Assembly: GCF_000143415.4 (NCBI RefSeq)
Contig: NW_003314331.1
Span: 793,169-857,168 of the forward strand
Reading direction: 5' to 3'
Origin: Selaginella moellendorffii
Taxonomy: Eukaryota > Plantae > Lycopodiophyta
DNA: 64,000 nt
Of this stretch, positions 20,184-32,564 are shown one piece after another. Each line of letters starts with the position of its first letter. Position 1 is the stretch's first letter. The notes beneath the pieces were generated by a model. That model worked only from the letters and a program-made list of their open reading frames with translations, did not search any database and was not told where the DNA came from. Both the position numbers and the translations under genes were made by a program.

Positions 20184-21719
20184 TTGAACACTTTGGTGCA
20201 AAGGGCACCAAGGACGTGGTGAATGAGATGGGGACACCCAGTCTCAATTGCTATGGATCCTTGGCTGGAAGGGCTAGCTTGGGCACACTGCCAAGTGTGG
20301 GGGATGCCCCTGGGGTCATAGTCAACAACATAGAGGGGTCTAGAAGACTTAGTTCCTATGAGTAGACCTATTAAGGGGTCAAGATGAGATCACTAGGTGA
20401 TCTTGTGGCTAAACAAGGACAAGGTCTTTGTTTGGGTTAAGGAATATGATTCTTAGTTCAAAGTGTTGATTTGAACTATTGATAATGGTGTGGCTTGGTC
20501 AAGGTGACCAAGTGGGAAGAACACCTAAGGGAAATGACCTATGTCAATGCTGTGGCATAGTAAGTCCGAAGAAGGTAGTCTCTATAAGAGATCCAAGGGA
20601 GGATCTCAAAAGTTGGGCCGTGGATAGAACCCACAGCAGAAGATGTTAAAAAGACGTATTAGGGGTGAACACCTTCCGGACTTGGCAAAGGAGAGTCTTT
20701 GCTATGGAATCGAAAGGATACCTCGAAAATGGAGGTAGTGACCCTATGTTGCTGGGTGCAACAATCAAGGATAGGAGTAAAAGACTAGTGGCTAAGTAAA
20801 GAGCTATGGGAATCATGAGAAAGAATCTAAATGGCAAAGTTAGGCCAAGAACACTAAGGTGTTAGGTGCTAACGGATTGTGGGAAAGGCAATGTTTTCCC
20901 AAGGATGGATTCCCAATTGCTCTAATGTGGCAAAAGTGGAAGCTCCAAGGGTGGGAGCGGTAAGGTAGCCAAATGATAGGGCCGTGGACAGCCCTAACAC
21001 AAATTATGATAATTGGAACTTAATGCCAAAGGTGGCACGAAATCAAACAGAGGATGATGTTGCCCTCAAGTAGAGAACTTCCGGAGTTGCACACTATGTG
21101 CAATGCAAGGTGTCGAAGACACCCAGGAAATTGACTTCGGGAAGTCAGAATTAAAAGTTCCAAAGTGCAAGGTTATGTCGATAGAATCTGATATTACTCG
21201 AGAATGAGTAGTGGAATTGAGTTAGGGACATTGTCTCTAACAGGTTTAGCGAGAACTGAACCAATAAAAGGGAGCAAACCACCTCAGGTGGCCGAATGAG
21301 TCTCTATGTTGGAGAGACTATGCTCCTTAGAGGATGGATAAGGCATGGTGTGCCTTTGGTGTCAAACCATAGACAAATATTGGCTGGGTGCCAAGGATGG
21401 AACTGGTAATACATGCGGGTGTTACTTTCTAAGAGGGTTTACCATTCGATGAGGACATCAAACTTCATCTATGGGTGGTGGAGTTGTGAGACACAAAATC
21501 CCTAGGCCCCCAAAGTGGAGCCGGAAGGGCACCACATGGTAGTGGCCGAAGCGAAAGCCAAACGAGCATAACACATTTAGATTAAAAGCTCCGACTTGGA
21601 AGGTCGAGAGCAGGAGTGGAACTCCCAACAAAGTGCTCGAGGAGCGAGCACGAGGCAACCAATAAGCAAGGCTCCAAAAAGGGACCCAAAAAGGACCAAC
21701 ACATGACACGTGGAAGTGT

Positions 21720-22290
21720 CCGAGATGGACTCTGAGATGGACTCCGAGGTGGACCGAGATGGAGTCCGAGATGGAGTCCAAGATGGAGTCCGAGATGGAC
21801 CAAGACGGAGTCCGAGATGGAGTCCGAGATGAAGTCCAAGGTGGACCGAGACGGAGTCCGATATGGAGTCCAAGACGGAGTCCGATATGGAGTCCAAGAC
21901 GGAGTCTGATATGGAGTCCAAGACGGAGTCCGAGATGGAGTCCGAGGTGGACCGAGACGGAGTCCGAGATGGAGTCCAAGATGGAGTCCGAGATGGACCG
22001 AGACGGAGTTCGAGATGGAGTCCAAGATGGAGTCCGAGATGGACCGAGACGGAGTCCGAGATGGAGTCCGAGACGAAGTCCAAGGTGGACTAAGACGGAG
22101 TCCGAGATGGAGTCCGAGATGGACCGAGATGGAGTCCGAGATGGACCTGAGATGGAATCCGAGATGGAGTCCGAGGTCCAAACCGAGACCGGGACCGAGA
22201 CTAAGACCGAGACCGAGACCGAGATCAGGACCGAGACCGAGGCCGAGTCCGAGTCCGAGTCCGAGTCCGAGTCTGAGTTCGAGTCTAAGA
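21720..22290. repeat. GAGATGGAGTCC minisatellite inside the family-A 3' LTR
   Basis: Visible array, longer than the one in the 5' LTR. Confidence 0.95.
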
Positions 22291-24379
22291 GGGTGAAAGC
22301 CCAAAGTGTTCGTCTCCCAGACCCTGGGGGGTTTGGTGAGCTCCAAAAGTATAGTAAGGGGGAGGACTGCAGTGGAGTCAGTTTGGCCAGGAAAGGCCAG
22401 TTTGGCCTAGGAAGGCCAGACCCAGTGTTGGGTGATGAACTGACTACTGGGAAGTCCAAGACTAGAGTGAATACGGACCAACAAGCGGGGTAGCTTGGTG
22501 AAGTGTTCAAGAGCCGGCTCTAGTTCCCCCGGGAGATCGACTGGCCGATGCTCCCAGTCCAAGTGTGGGTGGCACTACCTACTTGGATACCTGGTGTGGC
22601 TCAACGGAACCTCGCTCTAAGCCCATGGCTAGAGCACCTAAAGGCGGAAGGTGGGGAGAGTACCCACGAGGCTCGCGTAGGGCCACGGTGTTCCAAAATG
22701 TTGTCCCGAAGTCCCAAATGGGGGAAAGGAGGAGGAGCAGTCCTCTAGTGTAGTGACTACGGATACGGTCACATGGTGAGGAAGTCCCAGAGGACAATGG
22801 GACGTAGTGGCCGGGCCTGTGGGCTTTGATCTAGTGGCAGTGTTGGTGAACATGGCCATGGACAGGAAAGGGACTTGGCAGGAACTGACAAAGGGATGTT
22901 GGGGAAGGCTATTCCCCATGTCTGTGGGCATCCTAAGGATGCTAAGGAGTGGATCTAAGATGATCACTTGTGGATGGATAGCCTAGTCTTTGAGAGACGG
23001 GACTGTGATGCAGGTGGTGTTAGACCACCAGTGTGACCAAGGTGAATGGGCATGGCTTTAGCGTAACGGGCTGATATGTTAGTGGTACCTTGGGGTGTTG
23101 GTCATGGGATCGGACACGTGGGGCACTTAGACCAAGTGCAAAGGTTGAGTGGCGGGGATGTCATTCTAGGGGCTAGCAAGCCCAAGTCCGAAATAGGACT
23201 TATGGAGGTTGTGAGTGAGACTCCTCAAAGTGGTCGGAAATGCGGTTAAGTGACTAAAGTAAAATGGAAAAATTAGTCGCTTACACAGAATAAGACTAAC
23301 ACAAAGGGCATGATAGCAAGGGTGTTTGGTAGATACGGTAAATTATCATTCAGCGATATTGAAGGACTAATCTCAATACACGAGGGTTCTTATCAAGCCA
23401 ATGCAAGACAAAGCAAAGGAGAACTAACAAGTTGAGCCAAGTATGCTTGGGTAAATAAATACTTAAGAATTTCTTCCTTATGCTCGTTTGGCTAAGTATA
23501 GATGCAAAGTTTAGTTTATTAACATTTGAACAAAAAGGACTGATAAGGGTCCAGCAATACCGACCTCTTGCCATCGTGGTAGTAAGGAAAGAATATCTGA
23601 AAGGACTAACCGACAGATAACTTTAGATACCTGAAGTTATATTCGCGACATAATAGGACCAAGCATAATAATAAGGGTGTTTGGAAAACATAGTAAACTA
23701 TTATGTAACAATATTAAGGGACTAGACTCAATCCGCAAAAAAGAACTAAGAATCAGGTTGAATATGTTTAGCAAGAAATATATAGGAGTTCCTACCTTAT
23801 ATTTATCTAGCTAAGTATAAATGTTAAACCCAGTTTCCTGACACTTGAACAAAAGGGGTTGAAAAAAGAAGCAACGATACCAACCTCTTGCCATCGTAGT
23901 CGTAATGAAAGAATATTTGAAAAGACTTGCCAATATGTAACTTTCAATACCTGTAGTTATATTTATGATACTGTCATAATAGTAAGGAAAGAATATTCAA
24001 AAGGACTCACCAATAAATACTCGCAATCATATTCATGAAAATCCTTACAAATCATCTCTTTAATTGTTTTCTTTAGTTTCTTACACCAATGTGACAAAAG
24101 AAAGCTATACTTATGTGATAAAAGCACTAAGAAGTCCAAAGTTGGATTAAATATACATGGATAAATAGGGTGATTTGATAAAGTGTTCAAAAGCTAACTC
24201 TTGCTCTCTTGGGAGATTGGATTGATAATGCTTTTGTGGGTGGTATTACCTACTTAGATACCTTATATGGCTTATTAAAACCTTGCTCTAGCCATGTGGC
24301 TATAGCACCCTAGTGGTAGAAATACTTATGAGCCTCACATTGGGTGTCCCAAATGTGATTGCATGTATTAAAAGTTACA

Positions 24380-25070
24380 CATCAACAAGTCTTTTCAGAT
24401 ATTCTTCTTTTATTATCACAATAGTAGAAGGTTGGTATTGCTAAACAATTTATCAACCCCACTAGTGGAGTTAACTAGGCATTTGGAATGTACTTAAACT
24501 AGATGAGCATAAGGATGAATTCCTTTGTGCTATTATCTAAGTATATTTAGCCTGATAAAAAGTTCCCATCTTATTGTGTCTTGCATTGGCTAGTGACAAA
24601 AAATTTATATAAGATTATTCCCTCAATGTCATCAAGATGATAGCTTACCATGTCTGACCAATCTAAGGTATAGTCTAGCTCCCACTTGCTTGTGTGCTTA
24701 TCTTTGTTTCGTGTCTAATTTGGGTCTAAGCCCAAGCTCTATACCATGCTAGCTAATGAAGTACTTATATTTATATGTAAGTTATTGGTATATTGAAATA
24801 GCACTAAATTCCATTTGACTCCATTTTACATGCTAATCTTGGCAATGGGATGCTTTAAGATATCTCTCCATGCTCCTATCCCTTCATTGCTTAGGCTAAA
24901 TACTTGAGAGTCATTCTATACTTTAGTTCTTTTATTCTTTGGTTGTATGGTTGGGAGTTTAACTCCATCCCTTCGTTCAGTGGCATAAAGCTTTAAAACT
25001 CCACTGCCCTTGGACATATGCCCAAGGGTTTACATTCTGTTCTATGGTTATTCTATGGTAAATCACCCAT
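24380..25070 (-). mobile_element. Inverted, degenerate family-B LTR copy
   Basis: Reverse complement of CCTATGGTGATTTACCATAG at ~25050 and of the GGAACTTGGGCTTAGAC block at ~24725. Confidence 0.55.
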
Positions 25071-26299
25071 ACATGTGGCCATGGTGTTATTATATAGTTC
25101 TTATATAAAGGAAAAAAGAATAGTTATTTTATTTAGTAATCTAAGGTATAACTACATGGTAAGGAAGTTCTAGAGGTCAATAGTGGGTTTAGTGGGTGTC
25201 TCCATTAAAGGAAGATTCCCTAGTGCTATCATTAACGATAGTGGATGATGTGCCACCAACTGAACAAGATAGAAAAAAAAAATCATTTTATTACAAAGAT
25301 AGACAAACAAAAATCAAATAAGTAACTTACTAAAATAAGTAGATATGTAACATTTAACCTCCTTATCTCGACAATATAACTTTCAGTATTTCAACCAATT
25401 ATACCAAACTTTTGTTTAATTACTTTATAATTATTATGTCTTATAACATTACTGGTACTTCCACAACTCTATAGTATAAGTGGTTTAAAGTCATTTTGTG
25501 GTCATGAGTACCAAACCCCCTAGACCCTAGAAGATAATTGTTTTAGCTTTCAAATTTGCGTTTTTAATTTCATCACTTAGATTTCTCTGCCAAATCTAAT
25601 GTCTCTAGATGCACAACATTCTTAAATACCTCCAAGTATATTCTAGCATATCTTACCAATTAGATTAATCTTGCATTTATAAATTATAAATCTGAAATAT
25701 TAATACATAGTTTGAAAGCCTAGTTGATCAAGAGTGCCTTGTTTTCATCTTTCTCTATAGAAGAAATATTTTCTAAGGTACTTTCAAAATGCTAACATAT
25801 ATTCCTTATAGAAATGATGCAATGACCATTTAAAAAATGGTCTCTTCTTATAGATTCATTTTCTCTATCAATAGTGGCTTTCTAAATCATTTCAAGACAT
25901 AAATTCCTGAAGTCAAAGACATGTCAAAGTAGTGGTCAAAGTGAAAGTCTAATAAGCATAACCAAAATGTTAAGAGTAAAAGTATAACTTGGCAAGGAAA
26001 TGCTTAGGGAATAAGCATGAAGCAATAGACAAATAAATCCCTAAAAAATATGAAAGAATGGTTACACATGACAAGTGTCATAGCATGTGGAAGTGTCTAG
26101 CTAAAGTTTTAAAACCCAAGGACTTAAAAGTGGAACAATGCAAAAGCCAACTTATCTCATTAAAAAATTGAATGTCTAAAGTATCAAATATTTTGAAAGC
26201 AAAACATATCTAGGGCTAGAATATCTAGATGGTCAATACCTAATGTTAGCATGACTGCAAAACAGAATAAATAACTAAAGTATTACTATTTCCTTTTAG

Positions 26300-28560
26300 T
26301 GCCCACATTCAGCTCAATAAATGCCATATAAGTAATGATTCTGTACCAAAAGATTTAGGACAAATATTTCTGTCAGCATCATCAATGAATTAAAAATATA
26401 AATCATGTAATTTGGCACAAAAGAGAATTACAACAGCAAAGTTTTGCACAGAAATTTATACAAGTGAGATGCCTAAGACAGCATTTTAGAAAGCTTTTCC
26501 CATATGTCTCTCTTTTTCTTTGATAGTAAAAGTTTGTTGTTTTTCAGGGAGAATGCAAATTCGATTGGTTGTGTTCAGCTCACATCATATGAGATGTGCA
26601 TTAAGCTGAAGAGGGAGGGTTCACAAGTGGATATAGGCATGACATCCTTTCAGGAAGGAATAGGAAAGAATGAGAAGACTTGCATAAGATGGTAGAGGGA
26701 AAAGCTTGCATGCAAGATCAATCACACAGAACATCATGAAAGAAGTCGTTGCAAATGAGTTTTTTCTAAAAATGAAGATATTGACCACCTAATGGAGAAA
26801 CAGCTGCAAGAGCTTTTCAGTCGCATGGGTGATATTATGAACTGAAGGTATGCATTAAAAGTTGTGCAAATTACTATAACACATAGTTCCAGGTTAAGGT
26901 GATGGGTGTACAAAGTCTAGAGAGAGCTTCTACTTGAGAAGGACGACATTTAATTCCTTGCACAACATGTAAAGATTGATTTCTTTCAAGGTTCATTCTT
27001 TATATTTTAAATCCACAACGTCAATTGTCACATTATGAAGATTTCCACTAAAGAACCTGGCAGTGGGGTTAACTTGGTTTGACAAATGCAAGGAGGAGGA
27101 GATCTCAGCCAATCTTGGGTGCATTTTGACTTCAGCCATCATATTAAAGACTAGGCCACTATGGGTGCGCATGTATATGATCACAAGTAAGAATCTTTAA
27201 TTTCCTTTTAGAGACAACAATATACTTCTAGGTTTCACAAGCTCCTCACAACTGCAATGGCTAAGTTCAAACTTGAGGACTTCAAGTCCCAGAAATTATT
27301 TTGGAATCTCTTGAATAGTGTGTATAAGCGGAAACCGGTTCACTACCATCCTTCCATGGTTTCATGGCTGATGAAGCAGGAGCTAATTGGAATGCTGTTT
27401 GAGAAGTTTATTTCAGAGGCTATCCAGCACCAGAAAAGGAATGCTCATGTATTTTCCATTTTGAATAGAGCTTTCAAATCCACACAAAGAAGTATATTGC
27501 CCAAGACCACCAACAAGAACACCTCACCAGAATGGCAACAATCCCAGACAGAGGAAGAAGAGAAGGCATACCTTCAGAAGATATAGTCTTGGTGGGATGG
27601 AAAGACAATCAATGATGACAAAAAGCATGGATTGCTTGGTGGCATGCAAGAGTAATCTTATATTCAAAGTTCGGTACTAAAATATTGCCTAAAGAAATAT
27701 TTTTACATAGTGATTTTTACAGGATGCAAACATCGATAATGCTGCATATACAAATTTTTTAGAGATGAAACATGCAAGCTAGTTAGTTGGGTAGGGATAC
27801 AACAAAAAAACATTTATATGATGAATGCTGTGAAGATATGGTTGAGGCTCTACTCTAATGCATCAGCTAAAATTTGTTTTTGGAGGGAAAATACATCGGT
27901 TCTGATCCAAGTTTGCAGGAGTAGGAGGAGTAGCACATGCAAAGAAATGTGCAGCTAACACTGCAAACTTCAACAAAACTGCTTAGGAAAATGGAATCAC
28001 GTCATATCAGAGTGGGAATCAGAAGACAACTTACAAGAAGCAGGCGGTGACTGAGACACACATAGTGGGTGTGGACGACACTCACAGGCCAGAATACACT
28101 ATTGTTAACATCCCGAGGCATGATTATTCTTCGAGAAAGATGTTGAACTTTGATAACAATAGGCAATCATAATAGCAGAATGGCATAGTGAACATCATTG
28201 AGAAAGAACTCTATAAGTCACGTTGGGCTTTATGACATGTGCTGAATAGGAAGGTCACATACTACTATTACCTCAAACATGAGAAGAGAAGATGTGCAGA
28301 GGAACTATCAAGAAACACAGTAGCACTATGTATCATAGGTTTTCAGATGTACAAGGACACAAGAACACTCCAAAATTTCTAGTATTGTGGAGATAACATT
28401 CTCCACAGCTAGAACTGGTCAATTACATTGTTGGATTCAAACATCTCATCTATTTGTACCTCAATCAGTATAAAATGGACTCCACACACATTACGATTGT
28501 GCAGGTAACATTGTCCAACAAACAAGCATGAGACATCATCAACCATGCAAAATGAATGAT
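26300..28560 (+). pseudogene. MULE transposase pseudogene, copy 3 (more divergent; not evident in the ORF track)
   Basis: ~27020-27186: MKISTKEPGSGVNLV*QMQGGGDLSQSWVHFDFSHHIKD*ATMGAHVYDHK|gtaag (same intron position as copies 1 and 2). ~27355: FHGFMADEAGANWNAV*EVY. ~27440: CSCIFHF. ~27750: TNFLEMKHAS. Confidence 0.8.
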
Positions 28561-29399
28561 AGTTGATGTTAAATTTTTTTAATTGATTTAATAATGCATA
28601 TTTTAAGTATATACTCTGAATATCCATTGATATGGCTGCCAGATTACCATAAAACTGGATTAAAACACACACTCACAATTGATTGTCTCATCGCGTTGTG
28701 CGGACAATGGCCAATCTACAAGAGTCAACATGTTCAATGCATACTTGAGGCTCTCCTTTAAGTCTGTTATCTGGGACAGGTTGAACAGGTCTCCATGACA
28801 ATGACAGAAGCTCATTTTTTGACAGTCTACCAAGAGCTTGTCTTCTTCTGAGCCAGCTCAGAAGAAGATGGTCATCGCAGATGATATTAAAGTACCTTCT
28901 TGACCACGAATGATCTTGCCTAGCTGTGAAGTTTGTGAGCCTCCAGTTCTTCATCATTATGGAAGAAATGCATAATGTAACACCCTGGTTACTCTCTTGC
29001 CACACTCACTCCTTGCTCCCATTGTGGTGCTCCTTGTCACACATAGTTATGCCTAGCACCACACCCTAAAAGTTTAATGACTAAATTCAAATTAGGAATG
29101 TTAAAATTTAATTAATAGATGTTGTTAAATGGTATATTAACAACTATAAATTTGTAATTAGCCAATGGATGAACAGCTATAAATTATAAGTATATAACCT
29201 ACACTTGGTTTAAGTTTTTCCTCATTTCCTTTTTATATTTTTGTTCTTATTTTTATCATTCTCTTTAGTATTATGGCTATATTGGAATATGCAGATCATG
29301 CTTAACATAGTATTATTTTTTTCTGATCTTATTGAGAGAACTAATAGTAAGATAACATTTTTTATTTTCTGTATTATAGTTGGCCTTCTTCTAAAAGAG

Positions 29400-30200
29400 A
29401 GAGAATGTGAAAGAGCCATTAGTCAATGAGATATCAATCTGATAATCAAGGTTGTAAAGAGAATTGTAAAAATTGCAATACCACAAAATCTCTTAGAACT
29501 AATACTTGGGTTGCAGATAGCAATCTCACATTTGCTTAAATGCTTAAAGTGATGTATTGTTAGTGCATTAAAATGCCACAAGATTAAACTCATATTGAGT
29601 TTAGTATTAAAAGTGAGCATATGATAACAAATTGGTACAACTTTTGTCATGATATTTATGTTATCACATTGCAACAAGATAGTCAAAAGATTGGTGGTCC
29701 AGGAAGAATTGTAGAAATTGATAAAAGTAAGTTTGGTAAGTAGAAATATAATCGTGGTAGAAGAGTAGAACGTCAATGGGTCTTTGGGGGAATTGAACAT
29801 AATTTAGATTAAATTTTTATAGTTCTAGTGGCTGATTGTACTGCACAAACTTCAATTGATATATTATATACATATGTTGACTAAGTTCTATTTCTATTAT
29901 TATTATTAACTAAAAATTATAACTATTTTTAAAAAAATTATATATAGTGATTGTTGGGCTGGTTATAATTCAAAGTGGTTGAATCAATTAAACTTCACAC
30001 ATTATAAGTCAACCAATCCTAAAATTTTGTTGATGTAGAGTTCAAATAAATTGTATTGAATTGACATAGAATGCAATGAAAAGATCCCTTCCTTGCTATG
30101 GTACAACAAAAGGATTATACAGCTCTTACTTTCAAGAATATATTTGGAGAAAAATATATATTGAAAAGAAGGAAAATTGCATTTAATATTCATTTTAAGC
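29400..30200 (+). mobile_element. Merlin / IS1595(ISXO2)-type DDE transposase relic
   Basis: NWYNFCHDIY..QKIGGPGRIVEIDKSKFGK*KYNRGRRVERQWVFGGIEH (29630-29800), FFIVLVADCTAQT, IYSDCWAGYN..HY(fs)VNQS*NFVD (29940-30035). Confidence 0.85.
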
Positions 30201-30559
30201 TATACAATCAAGATAATGCTATTATAGTAGAATAAAATGTACAATTTTTTTTTTTACTTTTACAAGATTAAGTGGTCCAGATTAAAACCAATCCAATGGC
30301 TATTAAATCCCACTACACTAATTTTAGTGTATAGCCGTTAATATTAGTATATAGCATCATACTTGTACACTTGGACCTCACATCATCCTCTTCTCTTAGA
30401 AGAATGGAAGGCAGTTAGAGTTCTTTGGTTAATAGGCAAAGATCTAAAGGAACATCATGAAGAGGCACTAGTGGATTTATAGATGGTATTAATTGTTCTT
30501 GATCCTTTTATACAAAGTGTTTTAGTTGTTGCACATGCATAATTTTTGGAAAATTAGCC

Positions 30560-30900
30560 TATTAAACATTATGCCAAACCTCATAAACTTGCAGTCCAAC
30601 TTGCCACAACACCTATATGGTCCCTTTCACTAAAAAAAAGCCCCTCAGACAAACCATGTACCGTAAGATTGGGAAACTAGACTAACACAAAATCATCCAC
30701 TTTATACTTCATAGGTAGACGATGATGGAAGCTATAGTGCCATTGTTGTCCCACTTGTATGTGGCCCAAGTGTTTAGAAAACTCCATTTAAACAAGTGAA
30801 AGAATGTTCGTTAAATACTAATTCTAAGACCTAGCATCGGCAGTTTGTGGCAATTGAGCAGTATTAGATCATGACCATATAGGAATTTATATGGTGAAGC
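30560..30900 (-). mobile_element. Degenerate Ty3/Gypsy integrase C-terminal (GPY/F) fragment
   Basis: Minus strand HHRLPMKYKVDDFVLV...KGPYR. Confidence 0.45.
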
Positions 30901-31522
30901 ACCAATTGTACTCTGTACCTCTATGATATACACATACTAAAGAGACAGTAAATAACCATCTCAATCCAAATGCTGAAAGTTTACATATTTCGCAATCATC
31001 CCTTTGAATATCCAGATAAGTTATTTCACCAAACCATTTATTTATGGATGATAAACACTTATTGAACAAGGCCTTTTATTCACCAGCAAAACACCAAAAA
31101 ACTGGACATAGTTTCGTTGGTATGAAACCAGCAAAAACCTTTACTTAGGGGAGATTACTATAGAAGTATCTATGGAGAAGGGTTGTTCATAAATTGGATT
31201 TTGAAGGTCTACCCAACTGTGTTACCCAAAACCATTTGTCCGGTGGTGTCCACATCCATTCCCAAATACCTGCCTCTCCTTGCTTTCACAAGAAATGCCA
31301 GAGTTGTACTGCTTTCTTAGCTTTTTCTAGTCCATTTTGCCCTCCTCTCTTTTTCAGTTATAGGACATGAGCTACTACTGTAGTAATCATTCTAGCCCAC
31401 ACTTGTGATACTACCACCTTTAGCCTTTCATGTTTATCATTGAAGATTTTATTGCACCTGGCTTTCCAAACTTCCCACAATTAGATGACAAGCACTTGTG
31501 AAAGTGTAGCATATCTCCAACT

Positions 31523-32500
31523 TGTAATACATAAATCTTTAAGCCCCAAAATGGGGCTGAAAGAGTGTTATATGGTAGTGGTTAAAGCGGAAGTTCAATA
31601 GGCATAACATATTTGGACTAAAAGTTCCAACTCAGAAAATTGAGAGCAAAAGTGGAACTCTCAATAAAGTGCTCAAGGAACGATCACAAAGCAATTAATA
31701 AGCAAGTCTTCAAAAAGGGATACAAAAGGGACCAACACAATACAAGTGTCATGACATACAGAAGTATTGAGATGGAATCTGAGATAGAGTCTAAGAAGGA
31801 GTCTGTGATGGAGTCCAAGACCGCATTTGAGATTGAAATTGAGACCAAGACCAGATCCGAGACCAAGTTTGACTCTAAGGGTGAAAGCCCAAAGCAATCA
31901 TCTTCCAAACCTTATGGGGTTTAGTGAGTCTCTATAAGATAGTAAAAGGAGGATTTTAATGGAGTCAGTTTGGCCAGAAAAAGCCAGTGTGACTAAGGAA
32001 GATTACACTTACGTGGTGGGTGATGATATAACCACTGAAGAGTCCAATGCTAAAGTGAACATAAATGAATAAGTGGGATAAATTGGTGAAGTATTTAAGA
32101 GCTAGCTCTAACTCCTCTAGGAGATCAAATGATCGATGCTTCCAATCCAAGTATGGGTGGCACTACTTACTTAGATACTTCGCATAGCTCATTGGAACCT
32201 CACTCTAGCCACATAACTAGGGCACCTTAGTGGCAGAAGGTGGAGGAATACCCATAAACCTCATATAGGGCCATGGTATTTTGAAATGTCATCTTAAAGC
32301 CCCAAACTGTGGAAGAGGAATCATCCTTTTGCATAGTGATGAAAGATATAATAATGTGATGAGGAAGTCCTAGAAGTCAATGGGATTTAGTGGTCGGGCT
32401 TTTGAGCCTTGACCTAGTGGTAATTTTTGTGAGCACTATTGTGGATGAAGAGGGACTTGATGGTTATTAAAGAGATATTAAGAAAGGGTGTTCTCCATGT
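31523..32500 (+). mobile_element. Older, AT-drifted family-A LTR copy (truncated), followed by an inverted family-A LTR end at ~32521-32563
   Basis: Collinear with 15171-16550 (e.g. GGGTGAAAGCCCAAAGCA, GGGTGGCACTACTTACTTAGATAC). 32521 onward matches the reverse complement of the LTR 3' terminus. Confidence 0.8.
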
Positions 32501-32564
32501 TTAAAAGCCTAAAATGTATGTGTAAAAAATTATTTTTTCCATTCTACTTTAGTTACTTAACCCC

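Larger units (their letters stand above)
15171..23285 (+). mobile_element. Complete but non-coding (LARD-like) Ty3/Gypsy-derived LTR retroelement, family A
   Basis: LTRs 15171-16906 and 21485-23285 (TGTGAGAC...CGCTTACA). 5-bp TSD CAGAA (15166-15170 / 23286-23290). PBS-like TGGTATCGGA after the 5' LTR; purine-rich GGGTGGTGGAG before the 3' LTR. The 4.6-kb interior has no long ORF, only gag/pol-like relics (e.g. YPKLFNGIRKL ~18200). Confidence 0.93.
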
